Source: a virus
Taxonomy: Duplodnaviria > Caudoviricetes
DNA length: 53,555 nucleotides
Virus record (IMG/VR): IMGVR_UViG_3300010935_000132
Span: 1 to 53,555 of that record
Strand: one strand, 5' to 3'
The notes beneath the pieces are model-generated. The model was not told where the DNA came from. It saw only the letters and a program-made list of their open reading frames with translations, and did not search any database. Of this stretch, positions 9,137 to 18,989 are shown piece by piece (position 1 is the stretch's first letter; each line of letters starts with the position of its first letter). The translations under genes and the position numbers were made by a program.

Positions 9137-10209
9137 TCTTCATTTTCTACATCTTGTGATGCATAATCTTTTAGGCTATTTCTAACAATAACACCATCAA
9201 CTTTTTCCATCTTGGCAGACTTAGTAGCACGACAGTAGTATAAAGACTTCAATGGAACACCACTACCCTCTTTTGAGAAGGCGTAAAGATGAACTTTATG
9301 CACATAACGTTTTGGTGCGCCTTCAGTAAAGAACAAGTTCACACTTTGCGCTTGACAAATGAACTCTTGACGAATCCTTGCTTGCTCAACAACAAACATC
9401 ATATCAATCTCATTAGCGGTTTTAAAGACTTTCTTCTGATGGTCATCCATCCATTCTAAACCTTGAACAGAACCATCAGCCTTGATAACTTCCATCCATT
9501 GTGCATCAATCCACTCTTGACCAAATACCATTGTGAAAGCGTGTGCTTCAAATGCCTTCTGTAGGTATGGATTCTTGACCACATGTGAACCAACACGCAA
9601 CTTATGCACGTACGCATTAGCTTTGATTGGCTCAATTGATGCTGATGTGTTGCCAATGATAGACGAATTTGCATTAGGTGCAATAGCAAATATCGTAGCA
9701 TTACGCATACCTGTACCAATTAAGTCCTCGGGTTCACCACGTTCTAATGCAAGTTGCTGTGATGCTGCAATACCTTGCTTATTCATGTGGCTGAAAATCT
9801 TGCTAGTCCATTGGCAACCTGAATCAAATCCACCTGATTCAAAAGCAATGTTATTCTTCATGAGGAAGTAATGCCAACCCATACCACCGATACCGATATC
9901 ACGTGACTTGGTAGCAGAATTAACAGCACGCCAAAGTTCTTTAGGTGCATTGTCGATAAACCATGTCAAGACATTATCCAACAAGTAGACGATATCAGCA
10001 ATCATTGTTGTATCTTTCCACAATTCAAACCACTCAATATTAGGTGACGATAAGCAACATACAGCAGTACGCTCTTCATTAATTGGAATAATGATTTCTG
10101 TACAGTTATGAACCACTAGACCGTTGGCGTAAAAGTTATGATTACCTGATACGTTTATATCATAAACGCTTACCTTCTTATTTATTTTCTTTCTTGTTAT
10201 CTTTAACAT
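9115..10209 (-). CDS. nrdA: NrdA C-terminal part fused to a split-intein C fragment
   Basis: 35-aa IntC (VYDINV..NHNFYANGLVVHN) followed by CTEI, AVCCLSS, IGIGGMG, AIAPNANSS, SLYYCR and the C-terminal CVAC redox pair. Confidence 0.95.
   Translation of the reverse strand: MLKITRKKINKKVSVYDINVSGNHNFYANGLVVHNCTEIIIPINEERTAVCCLSSPNIEWFELWKDTTMIADIVYLLDNVLTWFIDNAPKELWRAVNSATKSRDIGIGGMGWHYFLMKNNIAFESGGFDSGCQWTSKIFSHMNKQGIAASQQLALERGEPEDLIGTGMRNATIFAIAPNANSSIIGNTSASIEPIKANAYVHKLRVGSHVVKNPYLQKAFEAHAFTMVFGQEWIDAQWMEVIKADGSVQGLEWMDDHQKKVFKTANEIDMMFVVEQARIRQEFICQAQSVNLFFTEGAPKRYVHKVHLYAFSKEGSGVPLKSLYYCRATKSAKMEKVDGVIVRNSLKDYASQDVENEECVACSA
10105..10209 (-). mobile_element. split intein C fragment (35 aa)
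   Basis: Blocks F/G ending in HN immediately before the +1 Cys; very basic N-terminus (KITRKKINKK). Confidence 0.93.
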
Positions 10210-11099
10210 ATATCTCCATTCTTATGTTTTATATAGTCATTTCTACTTTTTCTGATGTTGTTCTTTTGCCTAATGGAGCGTACATTACCATATTTGTAAT
10301 CAGTACCATTAGTTTGGTTCAATTCATTAACTATGGCGTTTAAAAGGTCTTTCTGAGTACCGCCTTTACAGAAATTGTTACTAACCCACACCATAGACAC
10401 TTTCTTAAACTCCGTAAACTCTAATTTTATTTCCTTTGTAAATATACTCGTTTTAATGTATCCATCTTCTATGGCTCGCTCGGCACATAATAATACACGC
10501 GCTCTCCTTTCTATAGTCATTTCTTTATAGTTACTGTTTCCAGAACCTTTATACTTCTCGCTATATTCTTGCTTTCTTGATTCTGAAAAAGTAGAACCTT
10601 TGGAATGATGTACGTATTCGCCGCTTATAACTCTAGGGTCACTACACAACATTCTACCATAATAAACACCTGTTAAGGCATGTCTAACATTAATCTTACC
10701 TTTATTAATATTAGACATGGATTTTGCTCCAACTTCCCTACAATACTCATAAAATCTTGAGTTTGAACCCCTAAAATTTATGCTTCTTGTATGTTTGTTC
10801 ATCACCTTAGAAAAAAAGAAATTTAATGCTGCTCCATGTTGATAACCATACCGCTTACCATCGTGTATTTTAAAGAGTAAGATATGGGATAATATATGTT
10901 CTCTAGCAGTTAAAAGCACTAAATTTACTTTATCGTCTGGGTCTCCAGGAAGATGTCCTTTTTGACCTTCTCTACTACGCGCATAAAACATAAAATCAGG
11001 TATGATGTGGTGCTTCTCATAATAAACACCACACCCCTTTTTCCTTCCCTCTTGTTTAGCCCTAGTCATTAGTTGTTTATAAATTTTTAAGTAGTTCAT
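10203..11099 (-). CDS. MobE-like HNH homing endonuclease
   Basis: MNYLKIYKQL...EKHHIIP...DDKVNLVLLTAREHILSHILL matches the T4 MobE/I-TevIII-type HNH pattern; sits between the intein halves; TATAAATA late promoter at 11112-11105. Confidence 0.9.
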   Translation of the reverse strand: MNYLKIYKQLMTRAKQEGRKKGCGVYYEKHHIIPDFMFYARSREGQKGHLPGDPDDKVNLVLLTAREHILSHILLFKIHDGKRYGYQHGAALNFFFSKVMNKHTRSINFRGSNSRFYEYCREVGAKSMSNINKGKINVRHALTGVYYGRMLCSDPRVISGEYVHHSKGSTFSESRKQEYSEKYKGSGNSNYKEMTIERRARVLLCAERAIEDGYIKTSIFTKEIKLEFTEFKKVSMVWVSNNFCKGGTQKDLLNAIVNELNQTNGTDYKYGNVRSIRQKNNIRKSRNDYIKHKNGDIC

Positions 11100-11135
11100 A
11101 CTCCTATTTATACAAAATGATAATTTCAGTTCAAA

Positions 11136-12329
11136 CTAACTCACTAGAACGTCTGTACTGACAAGTTCTCCTGCCGCAACATAACCCCTATTTTTTGTTA
11201 AAACTAGATGTTCTGGTGTACATTCAATAACTTTACCATCAAATTCAATAACCATAAGTTCATCTACAATCGCCGTTTCAGCCGAAGCCACAACCAAAGA
11301 AAATTCTTCTTTGTGTGTTTCGGTATTAAATGATTTTACGTAAATTTCGGTGTAATATCCCATGTTGAACATTTCGTTAAATTTATCTAACTCAATAACA
11401 ACTGGATTCGCTCCATCTATAGTTTCACTTATAGTTATTTCAGTATTACCGACCAAGCATATGTTGGATGACTTAACTTCAAGACCCATTGCTTTTAATG
11501 CAGCATTCATCTTGTCGTTTGATTCATCTACATTATGAAGATATGGTTCGCCTGTTCTAAAGCGTGTTTCAAGAATTTCTTGCCATAATTCACGGGCTGA
11601 TGGTATAGTTTCTACAACTTCACCTGTGTCAGGCGCAATCAAATCCCACGACTCATCATTAATACAAGCATCCATAAATGCATATGTGAGATTAACCCCA
11701 ATATTAACATTATGTGCTTTACGGTTAATATCGCCACCAGTAGGGTTACGGATACCAATAAATTCTTGGATATCAGGGTGACTAATATCAAGGTATGATG
11801 CTACAGAACCACGGCGTGTTCCTGCTTGATGATAATACATGATATTAGAATCTTGTGTTTTAGCGTAGGGAATAGCACCAGGAGATTTAGAAGTGATACC
11901 GCGCATACCCAAGTATGAACCTACACCACCACCTGCACATGATAGGTTAGCCAATTCCTTAGCAGCTTCAATCTGACCCTGTAGTGTATCAGGTACAAAT
12001 TGGATGAAACAGCTAATAGGCATGCCTCTAATCTTATCACTATGCATGTATACACCATTTTCCCAAGTTCCCATAACTGAATTACTCAATAGTGGCGATG
12101 CAAAGGACATCCAACCTTGTGAAACATAATCATATAGCCGCTGTGCAAGTTTCATATCACCTGCACAAAAGTTAATAGCTGTTCTTGCGTATGCTTCTTG
12201 TGGTGATTTTTCGTTTTTCTTTAAGTAGTAGCCAACCACAAGTGACTTGCCTACCGTATTTAGATTATCATCCCTAGAATAGTCGATGGTTAATCCGTGA
12301 TATTTCTTAATTGTCAAAATTTTCTCCAT
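11136..12329 (-). CDS. nrdA: NrdA N-terminal part (no ATP cone) fused to a split-intein N fragment
   Basis: SPQEAYAR, FASPLLSN, PISCF, GGGVG, RRGSVASYL, TGEPY and SSNI, then CLVGNTEI (intein block A). Confidence 0.95.
   Translation of the reverse strand: MEKILTIKKYHGLTIDYSRDDNLNTVGKSLVVGYYLKKNEKSPQEAYARTAINFCAGDMKLAQRLYDYVSQGWMSFASPLLSNSVMGTWENGVYMHSDKIRGMPISCFIQFVPDTLQGQIEAAKELANLSCAGGGVGSYLGMRGITSKSPGAIPYAKTQDSNIMYYHQAGTRRGSVASYLDISHPDIQEFIGIRNPTGGDINRKAHNVNIGVNLTYAFMDACINDESWDLIAPDTGEVVETIPSARELWQEILETRFRTGEPYLHNVDESNDKMNAALKAMGLEVKSSNICLVGNTEITISETIDGANPVVIELDKFNEMFNMGYYTEIYVKSFNTETHKEEFSLVVASAETAIVDELMVIEFDGKVIECTPEHLVLTKNRGYVAAGELVSTDVLVS
11139..11459 (-). mobile_element. split intein N fragment (107 aa)
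   Basis: Block A CLVGNTEI and block B IECTPEHLVLTKNRGYV; acidic composition; ends at a stop codon. Confidence 0.93.
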
Positions 12330-13408
12330 GTTGTAAATTTAATTCGTGCGGTCAATCCTTGGTATGTGTGTTTTCTTATGATTTCATTTACGTTGACTCC
12401 TGATAATATCATATCATTTATGTCTTTTTGCTTAACTTCTTTAGGCCAGATTATTACTGATAAGCCAGCCTTGATAGCAGAATCCATACGTTTTACAATC
12501 TGTTTATTTCTAGGCTCATTATCGAACCCATAAACATACTCATCTGTTTGATATGTATCTATATGTAGTGTCTGTGAAACAAGGTCAGAACCACATACAG
12601 CAATTGCATTCTCTACGAAGGTAGCATCTACTGGACCTTCAAACACGATTATAGGCTTGGCTTTGTCTACTCTATCCAATCCCCAAATCTTACCTTCATT
12701 CTCGTTTAACTTGATGGTGATGTATTTAGCTTGTGCCTCAGAATTGGGTAGCCTCCTACCTTGGAATCCAACACACTCACCTGTCTCATCAAACATCAAT
12801 ATCACAATTCTAGGCTCATCAAATGCAGCAACAGCACCTTCTGAAAACATTGCAGGAATATGTTTATTCGTGTATGCCATAAATTCATCAGTATAGAATA
12901 TATATTTTTTAGCAATGTCCACTGGTATCTTGCGCTCATACAGATATTTCTGAATAGATATTGGTGCATTCATAATAGGCGTTAGATGTTGCAATACACG
13001 TCGATTCGCTCTTGGAATTGTAGGAGGTTCGCTAGAAGCCTCTGTAACAGCTTCTAGCTTCGGTTTCCTTACTGTGTATTGTAAAACAGGTTCTACGTCC
13101 TCATGGCGCGGTTTAGTAGGCTTGTGGTTAGCTTCTAGGGAATCAAAAGCACGCTCTTTTTTATAATCAGCATAGACTGCAGGCGCGTACAACTTAATGA
13201 ACGTTCCAAGAAGCATATTAGCATCACAGTTATGGCAAAAATAGTTCATACGCTTACGCTTTCCATTTATAATGAAATAACCGCGCATCTTTGATTTGTC
13301 TCTTTGACTATCACCACATATAGGACAACGACAAACCTTATGGTTGCCTTTGTCTACTATTTTAAATTTTGATGTTATTATTGATAGATATTTCTTATCT
13401 ATTAACAC
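12314..13408 (-). CDS. 61: DNA primase
   Basis: CRCPICGDS...CHNC zinc finger, GFQGR, FEGPVDA and DNEPRN TOPRIM motifs, KDINDM. Confidence 0.96.
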   Translation of the reverse strand: MLIDKKYLSIITSKFKIVDKGNHKVCRCPICGDSQRDKSKMRGYFIINGKRKRMNYFCHNCDANMLLGTFIKLYAPAVYADYKKERAFDSLEANHKPTKPRHEDVEPVLQYTVRKPKLEAVTEASSEPPTIPRANRRVLQHLTPIMNAPISIQKYLYERKIPVDIAKKYIFYTDEFMAYTNKHIPAMFSEGAVAAFDEPRIVILMFDETGECVGFQGRRLPNSEAQAKYITIKLNENEGKIWGLDRVDKAKPIIVFEGPVDATFVENAIAVCGSDLVSQTLHIDTYQTDEYVYGFDNEPRNKQIVKRMDSAIKAGLSVIIWPKEVKQKDINDMILSGVNVNEIIRKHTYQGLTARIKFTTWRKF

Positions 13409-13745
13409 AGACTACATCTTTTAGTTTCTCTTGATTGGTCATTTTTTGCTGATAACATATAGGCAGTTCAGGTACTTCAATCTTCATTACATGTGTTGGG
13501 TATGCTCTTCCAAGCCCCTTATGGTGCTCATGTTCATCCCAACGACCAGCCCATACTCCTGCAATGTTACCGAACCATACACGACTACCATGTTCAATTT
13601 TTGGATGTGTGTATAGGTCAATCCAATCATCAGATACCACATATACCTTATCACCGTGCTTCATTTGGCTATAAGCATGTTCATCGAATATGATATCACC
13701 ACCACGCAAACTTTCTTTATCTACAACTCCAATAAATGTCTTCAT
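13395..13745 (-). CDS. hypothetical protein
   Basis: ORF coupled to its neighbours. Confidence 0.65.
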   Translation of the reverse strand: MKTFIGVVDKESLRGGDIIFDEHAYSQMKHGDKVYVVSDDWIDLYTHPKIEHGSRVWFGNIAGVWAGRWDEHEHHKGLGRAYPTHVMKIEVPELPICYQQKMTNQEKLKDVVCVNR

Positions 13746-14038
13746 TTCAATTTACTCGCATCAAAGGATGGGTATGTTATTATAGCTTGCTCACGCTGAA
13801 TCTTACCATCTTGGTAGTATTCAATCCAAGCATCATCAACACCTGAATCACATTTTAGAACAAACACCAAGTCACTATACCTCTTAGAGAAATCTTCGAG
13901 TTCAGATATACGTGTTGTCCATGAGGAACATTGCTCTAATGCGTATCTAGCATGTGGGTGCTCTTTAAAAAATTCTTCTACTGGCCAGACAACATCACTA
14001 CCCAATATTGACAAATCATAATTGACATCTATCGACAT
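13742..14038 (-). CDS. hypothetical protein (likely start MSIDVNY)
   Basis: 3' part of ORF 13742..14215; the upstream part is antisense to a real plus-strand gene. Confidence 0.6.
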   Translation of the reverse strand: MSIDVNYDLSILGSDVVWPVEEFFKEHPHARYALEQCSSWTTRISELEDFSKRYSDLVFVLKCDSGVDDAWIEYYQDGKIQREQAIITYPSFDASKLK

Positions 14039-14060
14039 TTTCAACCCTATAAATACTTGC

Positions 14061-14432
14061 ATGAACTTTGACGTTATAACAAGTGAGAACTTTTTAATAT
14101 ATGCAACCAAGGCATATAATAACCCTTCCTGCACAACATTGGAAGAGTTTAATGATGACCTACGGTTATTTGTTAATATCAAAAGATGGTTGAATAAACC
14201 AACTAAGAATACCAATATTCGTATTCTAACAAACCAATTTATTATAGCAACAAATATATTCGGTGTTGAAGCTGTACCTAGATTATTGTTCTGTTATAAT
14301 GAGCAAAAGACACACGGAAAAATTAAGGCTATACTCGAATACCTGAATATGCTACCTGAGTCTATGACTGAAGTTGTGCTTGGTGAGATAGAAAGCTGTG
14401 TTGGTATCGTCAAGGAATTAGAATCACTATGA
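14061..14432 (+). CDS. conserved T4-like late hypothetical protein
   Basis: ENFLIYATKAYNNP...EEFNDDL...IKRWL...NIFGVEA pattern of marine T4-like phages; TATAAATA at 14048-14055, 5 nt before the ATG. Confidence 0.8.
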   Translation: MNFDVITSENFLIYATKAYNNPSCTTLEEFNDDLRLFVNIKRWLNKPTKNTNIRILTNQFIIATNIFGVEAVPRLLFCYNEQKTHGKIKAILEYLNMLPESMTEVVLGEIESCVGIVKELESL

Positions 14433-14444
14433 GGTACACTTACC

Positions 14445-14981
14445 ATGTCTGATGCATTAGGACTCTATTACGCATACAAAACAATTAAATTGATGTCTAC
14501 ACCCTGGGATAAGTGGCATGCTTTCGACTTAGGGTTGATTGATGCTGATGGTAAGACACTCAAGAAGGCATCTACACCTGATGAGAAAGATGCCATGGGT
14601 AAATTTGGTATCCTTGTACGTAACTTGAAACGTATGTTAGAGCGTCTACCTTTTGGTAAGACACGTACAGCATCACTAGCTGCAGCATTGTACCTGTTAA
14701 AGGAAGATGATGAAGCGGTTAAATATGGGGTTGAGAAAATAGCATACCAAATTATGAAAGAAATCAACGAAGGTGTTGCATCTGCAGATTTATTAGAATC
14801 ATGCGTTGATGAGGATTTAGCCTTAAAAGGTACGGTTGAAATTGACTGTGTATTATCTGAACATGCTTGTAGAAAATTCCATGCTACAGATGAAACCTTT
14901 CTAGGGTATATCGTGTATGAAGGTAAAGACTTATTGAGTGGTAAAACCATTCGATTTCTTAAGGAGTCAATCAAATGTTGA
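14445..14981 (+). CDS. conserved T4-like protein (gp61.1-like)
   Basis: YKTIKLMSTPWDKWHAFDLGLIDADGK...LVRNLKRML...AAALYLLKE. Confidence 0.75.
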   Translation: MSDALGLYYAYKTIKLMSTPWDKWHAFDLGLIDADGKTLKKASTPDEKDAMGKFGILVRNLKRMLERLPFGKTRTASLAAALYLLKEDDEAVKYGVEKIAYQIMKEINEGVASADLLESCVDEDLALKGTVEIDCVLSEHACRKFHATDETFLGYIVYEGKDLLSGKTIRFLKESIKC

Positions 14982-15262
14982 ATGAAGAATCAAGCGTAGG
15001 AACTACAATGGCTTCTAGCAGCCCTTCAGACGGTAGAACACCTAGCGGTAAGGTTGCAGGTAAAGCTTACTTCACGGTCAACTCAGACATCTTCCATGGT
15101 GCTATTAATGGTCGTAAGAAGGGTCAACGATGGGATAAGGCTCTAGGTAAGTCAGAAGTGGTTAAAGGAATTAGGGATTATGCACGTAAGAACAAAAATC
15201 CCTCTATCCTATTGAACAAGGCAGGAACTCAAGAGTTTCTATCTGTCCAAGGTGGCTTCTAA
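14975..15262 (+). CDS. conserved hypothetical late protein
   Basis: Third gene of the plus-strand island; AAGGAG RBS. Confidence 0.7.
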   Translation: MLNEESSVGTTMASSSPSDGRTPSGKVAGKAYFTVNSDIFHGAINGRKKGQRWDKALGKSEVVKGIRDYARKNKNPSILLNKAGTQEFLSVQGGF

Positions 15263-15438
15263 AACTCTACAGCAACACGTTCAGTTGTCCATTTAATCTC
15301 ATCACCATCATCACATTGGATGAAGCCTGATTCTTTACCTTCAGCAATGGCAGCAGCCACATCAGAAAGCATACCACTTGCTACTTGGATAGACAGTGAT
15401 TCCATGACCACTGTTAGTGTTACTTTTTGTGCTTTCAT
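15259..15438 (-). CDS. small hypothetical protein (59 aa, not in the ORF track)
   Basis: MKAQKVTLTVVMESLS...VAVEF*; AGGA RBS. Confidence 0.55.
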   Translation of the reverse strand: MKAQKVTLTVVMESLSIQVASGMLSDVAAAIAEGKESGFIQCDDGDEIKWTTERVAVEF

Positions 15439-15769
15439 ATCTTATCCTGTAATTTGATTATTTTGTTCTGAGCATTCTTAATTGTTTGAATAGCACGCGG
15501 TGTTATCAAATCATATTTGAATACATATAGGATTGCACTTATAGCAACTCTACATTCTCTTACTGTTTTTAGTCGTGAAATCATATTAGCCTTCCATGTT
15601 TAAGTTAAGTTTTCTCATATAAGAAATAAAGGTTAGATATGATTTAGTATTATTATCATAAGTAAGCCTAAGCTGACCTTTACTTTTATGAGAAATAGCT
15701 TTCCAAGTAAGCAAATCTGCTTTTTACCTACATACACACGCCTCAACATCTTTGACTGTTTACCGTTCA

Positions 15770-16180
15770 TTAAAAACACCCTGATTGAAATTTGCGCCAA
15801 TCCACAGCATTCTTGATTAAATAACTACGCTGTTCAATCATCTTCATAACCTTTTCAGTGTACTCCAATGTTTCACGGTAATACACCAATATCTTCAACT
15901 TCGCACCAATGTCTTCATCACCCTCAATCAAAAGGTTTATTTCAGATGCATTTTTAGGGATAATATGATAGTCATTACGATAGTAATAATACTTATCAGA
16001 ATACAACTTCTTATACTCAAGGTCATGCTTCTCATATACCAATTTTATGTCTGTAAAAATACCAAGAAATTTATGGTATATCATAGGAGTAACCATAGCT
16101 GCAGAATCTAACTTATCAGGGTCAATATATAAATCACGTTCAGCACGCTTCATAATATCTTCAAGTTTGTGTGTAGCCAT
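15770..16180 (-). CDS. uvsY: recombination mediator protein
   Basis: DLYID...YYY...YLIKNAVDWRKFQSG C-terminal signature; likely start MATHKLE. Confidence 0.9.
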   Translation of the reverse strand: MATHKLEDIMKRAERDLYIDPDKLDSAAMVTPMIYHKFLGIFTDIKLVYEKHDLEYKKLYSDKYYYYRNDYHIIPKNASEINLLIEGDEDIGAKLKILVYYRETLEYTEKVMKMIEQRSYLIKNAVDWRKFQSGCF

Positions 16181-16360
16181 CTTTATTCTTTCTCCGTACC
16201 TGTCCATGTTCGTTTACATTGTCTACATTTCATCAATGGTCATACCAATACACTACACAGAACCAACAAGACAGCAACATCAAAAATAGCAATATAATGA
16301 TAATCAGTACCTCTATAAGAAAAGTATCGGTCACCTAGCCATACAATTAATGTGAACATA

Positions 16361-16588
16361 TTAACTCAATAGACCCTTTAGATTATCTAACTCACCTGCA
16401 GCCATCATAGTAGCCATAACAGCTTTCATCTGTGAACGTTGTGCACGCTGTTCAGGTGTCATTGCAGCTAGTCTTGCTTCCTCTTGCTCTTTACGCAGCT
16501 TAACCATGGCTACATGACGTTCCTCATTAACAATAATAGCCTTAGCCTTACGTTCTTCATATGTTCCGCGTGCATTTGCTTGACCCAT
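16361..16588 (-). CDS. hypothetical protein
   Basis: AGGAG RBS; MGQANARGTYEERKA N-terminus. Confidence 0.7.
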   Translation of the reverse strand: MGQANARGTYEERKAKAIIVNEERHVAMVKLRKEQEEARLAAMTPEQRAQRSQMKAVMATMMAAGELDNLKGLLS

Positions 16589-16609
16589 CTTAATATTCTC
16601 CTATTGTTG

Positions 16610-16730
16610 ATTCTTACTGATGATGACTAGGTGGTGACAAAGCAATTCAGCTAGATAGGAGACAGTTACTAAAAAAGCTTCCTAGTCATCATCAGTAAGA
16701 ATGCTAGGTGACAATTTTTGTCACCTAGCA
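16610..16730. repeat. two adjacent perfect inverted repeats
   Basis: 22-bp arms at 16610-16631 / 16681-16702; 13-bp arms at 16702-16714 / 16718-16730. Confidence 0.9.
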
Positions 16731-16744
16731 ACACACTTATTTAT

Positions 16745-17614
16745 TTACTTCTGATACATTCGCATCTGTGCGCCAGAAGAATTGACAGCACCATAAGGAA
16801 TGAATACGGTAGTCACATCATTTTCGCTGATTGCATTAACCAAAGCTTCTTGTACTTCCAATTCACGTAGCTTGAGCAATGCAGGTGTGACACCATCGCC
16901 AATCATTTTATTGTAATCACGAATACGCTTGGCTTCTTTCATCTTGATACGATAGTTACCATCTGCTACACGCTCTTTACCTTTCATCTTAGCTAGTTCA
17001 ACTAAAATATCAGCTTCAGCTTGTTTGATAGATAACTCACGTGATGCAGCACCCAAAATTGCAGCGTCAATAACATCAGGATAGTCCAATTTACCTAGAG
17101 CAACATTACTAATTGATAGTGGCGTAGGTTTAAATTCTTCAGTTATTTGATTATAGATATCACTTGAAATTTTCTTGAAGTTTTGCTGTACTTCATTGAT
17201 ATTATATTCAGTTAAAATTTCGCGTGCTACTTTATTAACAATCATCTTACCGTAGGTGTTATAGACCTGCATCAAAGTAATAAGTTGACCATCACCAGGT
17301 TTAATATCATTGAATACAGCATTAAGTGAGTTTGGCTGTGTACCCATACGTAGTTGGAAACGAATTTGCACACCAAGATTCATATCATCTTTCATACGAA
17401 TTGTAATTGGTTCGTTGATAGTCTGTGTTGTTGTATCAACCAATACTAAATGACCAAACATACCCGTATTCACACGTGATGGTGGATACACTTCAGGTTG
17501 GAAACCACCACGGTCTAGAACCTTTCCTTTTGCACCCTGTGGAACAGTTTCATGACCACAACCAGTCAACCCCAATAAAATTACTACCATGATAGGCAAA
17601 ATATACTTATTCAT
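16745..17614 (-). CDS. SPFH / band-7 domain lipoprotein
   Basis: Lipobox LTGC after a signal peptide; SPFH-like core and coiled-coil C-terminus. Confidence 0.8.
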   Translation of the reverse strand: MNKYILPIMVVILLGLTGCGHETVPQGAKGKVLDRGGFQPEVYPPSRVNTGMFGHLVLVDTTTQTINEPITIRMKDDMNLGVQIRFQLRMGTQPNSLNAVFNDIKPGDGQLITLMQVYNTYGKMIVNKVAREILTEYNINEVQQNFKKISSDIYNQITEEFKPTPLSISNVALGKLDYPDVIDAAILGAASRELSIKQAEADILVELAKMKGKERVADGNYRIKMKEAKRIRDYNKMIGDGVTPALLKLRELEVQEALVNAISENDVTTVFIPYGAVNSSGAQMRMYQK

Positions 17615-17958
17615 TTGTTTAATTCCTCTTCTATTTTTTTATTTTTTGCATCATATTTTGCGTCTGAGATTGCAAGACGTTCTTCCAAATTAAGAACCTT
17701 TCGTTGTACAGGTACATTCAATTCTTCTGACTGTGATTCATATTTACTAGATTGATATTGCTCTTGGTAAACATGATATGATGTGCTGTTTGTGCCATCA
17801 ATTTTTAGTGGTGACATGATGTATAAAATAGTCATGATTGTAATGTACGCGCCTGCTATTTTATAATGCTTATTCTTAAGCAGTAAATAAGCGGCGTATA
17901 GTGCAGATGCAATTGCCACCAGTTTTAAGATTGGGTAGTATGCTACCATAAAATCCAT
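17611..17958 (-). CDS. membrane protein coupled to the SPFH gene
   Basis: Two hydrophobic segments; ATGA overlap. Confidence 0.7.
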   Translation of the reverse strand: MDFMVAYYPILKLVAIASALYAAYLLLKNKHYKIAGAYITIMTILYIMSPLKIDGTNSTSYHVYQEQYQSSKYESQSEELNVPVQRKVLNLEERLAISDAKYDAKNKKIEEELNK

Positions 17959-18076
17959 ATTGTTATTTCTCCTAATATTGAGACAGCAATAATGCTGTAT
18001 CTTTTTCTTCTCTTGATACTAAACCAAGTGACTCACTTTCACTATAACTTTGTCGTACTATTCTCCGTTCAATATT

Positions 18077-18406
18077 TTATTTGTTGATGTCCAACATGAT
18101 ACGCTCTACAAACATTTCTCTAAAAGTTTCCCAGGGTACTGAAACACAAGGGATACGACAAAAATCAGCAAGTGAGGTTATAAATGATACACCATCTTTT
18201 GTTAGTTCTTCGCTTGAGGTTAGATAAGATACTTGCATATCACCATTCCAATGCTCAGGAACTTCACGTGAATATGCATTAGGAAAGTTACCAAACTGCT
18301 TGCCACACTCATTAAAGAATCTAGCTTGCTGATGGTCATCCATATCACAAAACACGGTAGCAATCTGTTCAGGTGTTAGGTCTACAGCCATACTAAATTG
18401 GGTCAT
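18077..18406 (-). CDS. hypothetical protein
   Basis: AAGGA RBS; ORF on the coding strand. Confidence 0.65.
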   Translation of the reverse strand: MTQFSMAVDLTPEQIATVFCDMDDHQQARFFNECGKQFGNFPNAYSREVPEHWNGDMQVSYLTSSEELTKDGVSFITSLADFCRIPCVSVPWETFREMFVERIMLDINK

Positions 18407-18562
18407 GTTGTTATTTCCTTCTCTTGATTTTCGTTGGTCAATTCGAGTGAACTGTTTAGCTTTAATCTTATGCCTATCATCACGATGATATGGGTTGATG
18501 GCTCTTCCAATGTTCTCTAAATTATTCCATTGGCTAGCGTACTTGTTCGTTCATAATGATAA

Positions 18563-18625
18563 TCTCCGTTCAATGTTTTGTGTAGCTGATATGGAGAACT
18601 ATAAGACCAAGAAAACTAATTGCAA
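18563..18625 (-). promoter_or_regulatory. early promoter plus GAACGGAGA leader
   Basis: TTGCAA(18625-18620)-N16-TATAGT; leader at 18571-18563. Confidence 0.75.
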
Positions 18626-18635
18626 GTTTTTATTT

Positions 18636-18989
18636 TCAATCCTCAAAAAGCATATCCAAATCTATAACAGGTGTTTCATAATTCCTTCTTGGTAACCCAC
18701 ATAAATCATCCATCGCGTTTATAGACCTGATGGTGCTATTCAATTGTGTCCTTAGTATCACTAAACGCCTCATACGCCTAGCTAGGTAGGACTTTCGTGC
18801 CTCATCTATAGTTGGATAACAAAACCGCTTCTTAGACGTATTAGAAACCCATTTAGTCGACATACCATATGTATCATATACCCATACACCTTTTGGTGTG
18901 CTCTTGATATATCTACATTTGACCAAAGCAGGCATATAACTACTATTCGTGATGTATCGGTAATATAATGTATCGCTCATATTAACCAA
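18636..18989 (-). CDS. hypothetical protein
   Basis: ORF coupled to the topoisomerase gene. Confidence 0.65.
   Translation of the reverse strand: MVNMSDTLYYRYITNSSYMPALVKCRYIKSTPKGVWVYDTYGMSTKWVSNTSKKRFCYPTIDEARKSYLARRMRRLVILRTQLNSTIRSINAMDDLCGLPRRNYETPVIDLDMLFED

Noticed and set aside
10203-11135. Group I intron in nrdA
   Set aside because: Only about 36 non-coding bases flank the HNH gene, leaving no room for a ribozyme core. The intein motifs explain the split.
16610-16702. Hammerhead ribozyme (CTGATGA core)
   Set aside because: CTGATGA is fully paired within the inverted repeat, and no correctly placed GAAA or stem II is present.
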